Below are positions 63,613 through 64,000 of a stretch of 64,000 nt of DNA, piece after piece. The notes under the pieces were generated by a model. The model saw nothing but the letters and a program-made list of their open reading frames with translations. It did not search any database and had not been told where the DNA came from. This DNA comes from Mytilus californianus (lineage: Eukaryota): contig NW_026262679.1 of assembly GCF_021869535.1 (NCBI RefSeq), positions 19,468,001-19,532,000 of the forward strand, written 5' to 3'. Each line of letters begins with the position of its first letter. Position 1 is the first letter of the stretch. Position numbers and translations under genes: made by a program.

Positions 63613-64000
63613 TTATGAATGACAAATACAATATGTTTATCTTACGTTTCGGGTGAAATAGATTTTGTTTAAATCATTTTTAATACTAAATAAACATGAA
63701 AATTTGCCACTGAACATTAGTATCATTAAACAAATTGTATATTACCAATAATTTAAAAAAAATTTCCGAAATCTTTGTTTAATATAAAGATTGCATTTAT
63801 AACCATTACCAATGGAAAAGTTTGTTTTAGGATGTACCTTGTTACGTACTGTTTCAGAAATGTTGTTTAATTATTTCTACTTCATACAACATACAAATAT
63901 AAAAGAATTTTTTTGTTCCTTTCTAAATCGCCAAACATGTACGATATATATTTGTGAAACATGATCATATACAAATGTACATGTGTAACAGTGTTTTAGA

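Overview
Very AT-rich eukaryotic DNA. The repeat content suggests a bivalve mollusc, probably a Mytilus mussel (inference from family resemblance, no search run). No intact long host gene is evident; most listed ORFs are chance ORFs or decayed transposon remnants. Mobile elements: two decayed L1/Tx1-type LINEs, Penelope-like (PLE) fragments including one with GIY-YIG N-terminal to RT, a DIRS/Ngaro tyrosine-recombinase retroelement, tRNA-derived SINEs, TTAA-flanked Kolobok-like MITEs and hairpin MITEs. Also present are several satellites and a local segmental duplication. The most notable signal is three families of minimal type-I hammerhead ribozymes, all with a palindromic stem/loop III. One family forms a young 5 x 353-bp retrozyme-like array; another occurs as two circularly permuted copies 43 kb apart with identical ribozyme cores. 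A few minus-strand, phase-1, Cys-rich exon candidates may belong to small secreted-peptide (pseudo)genes.
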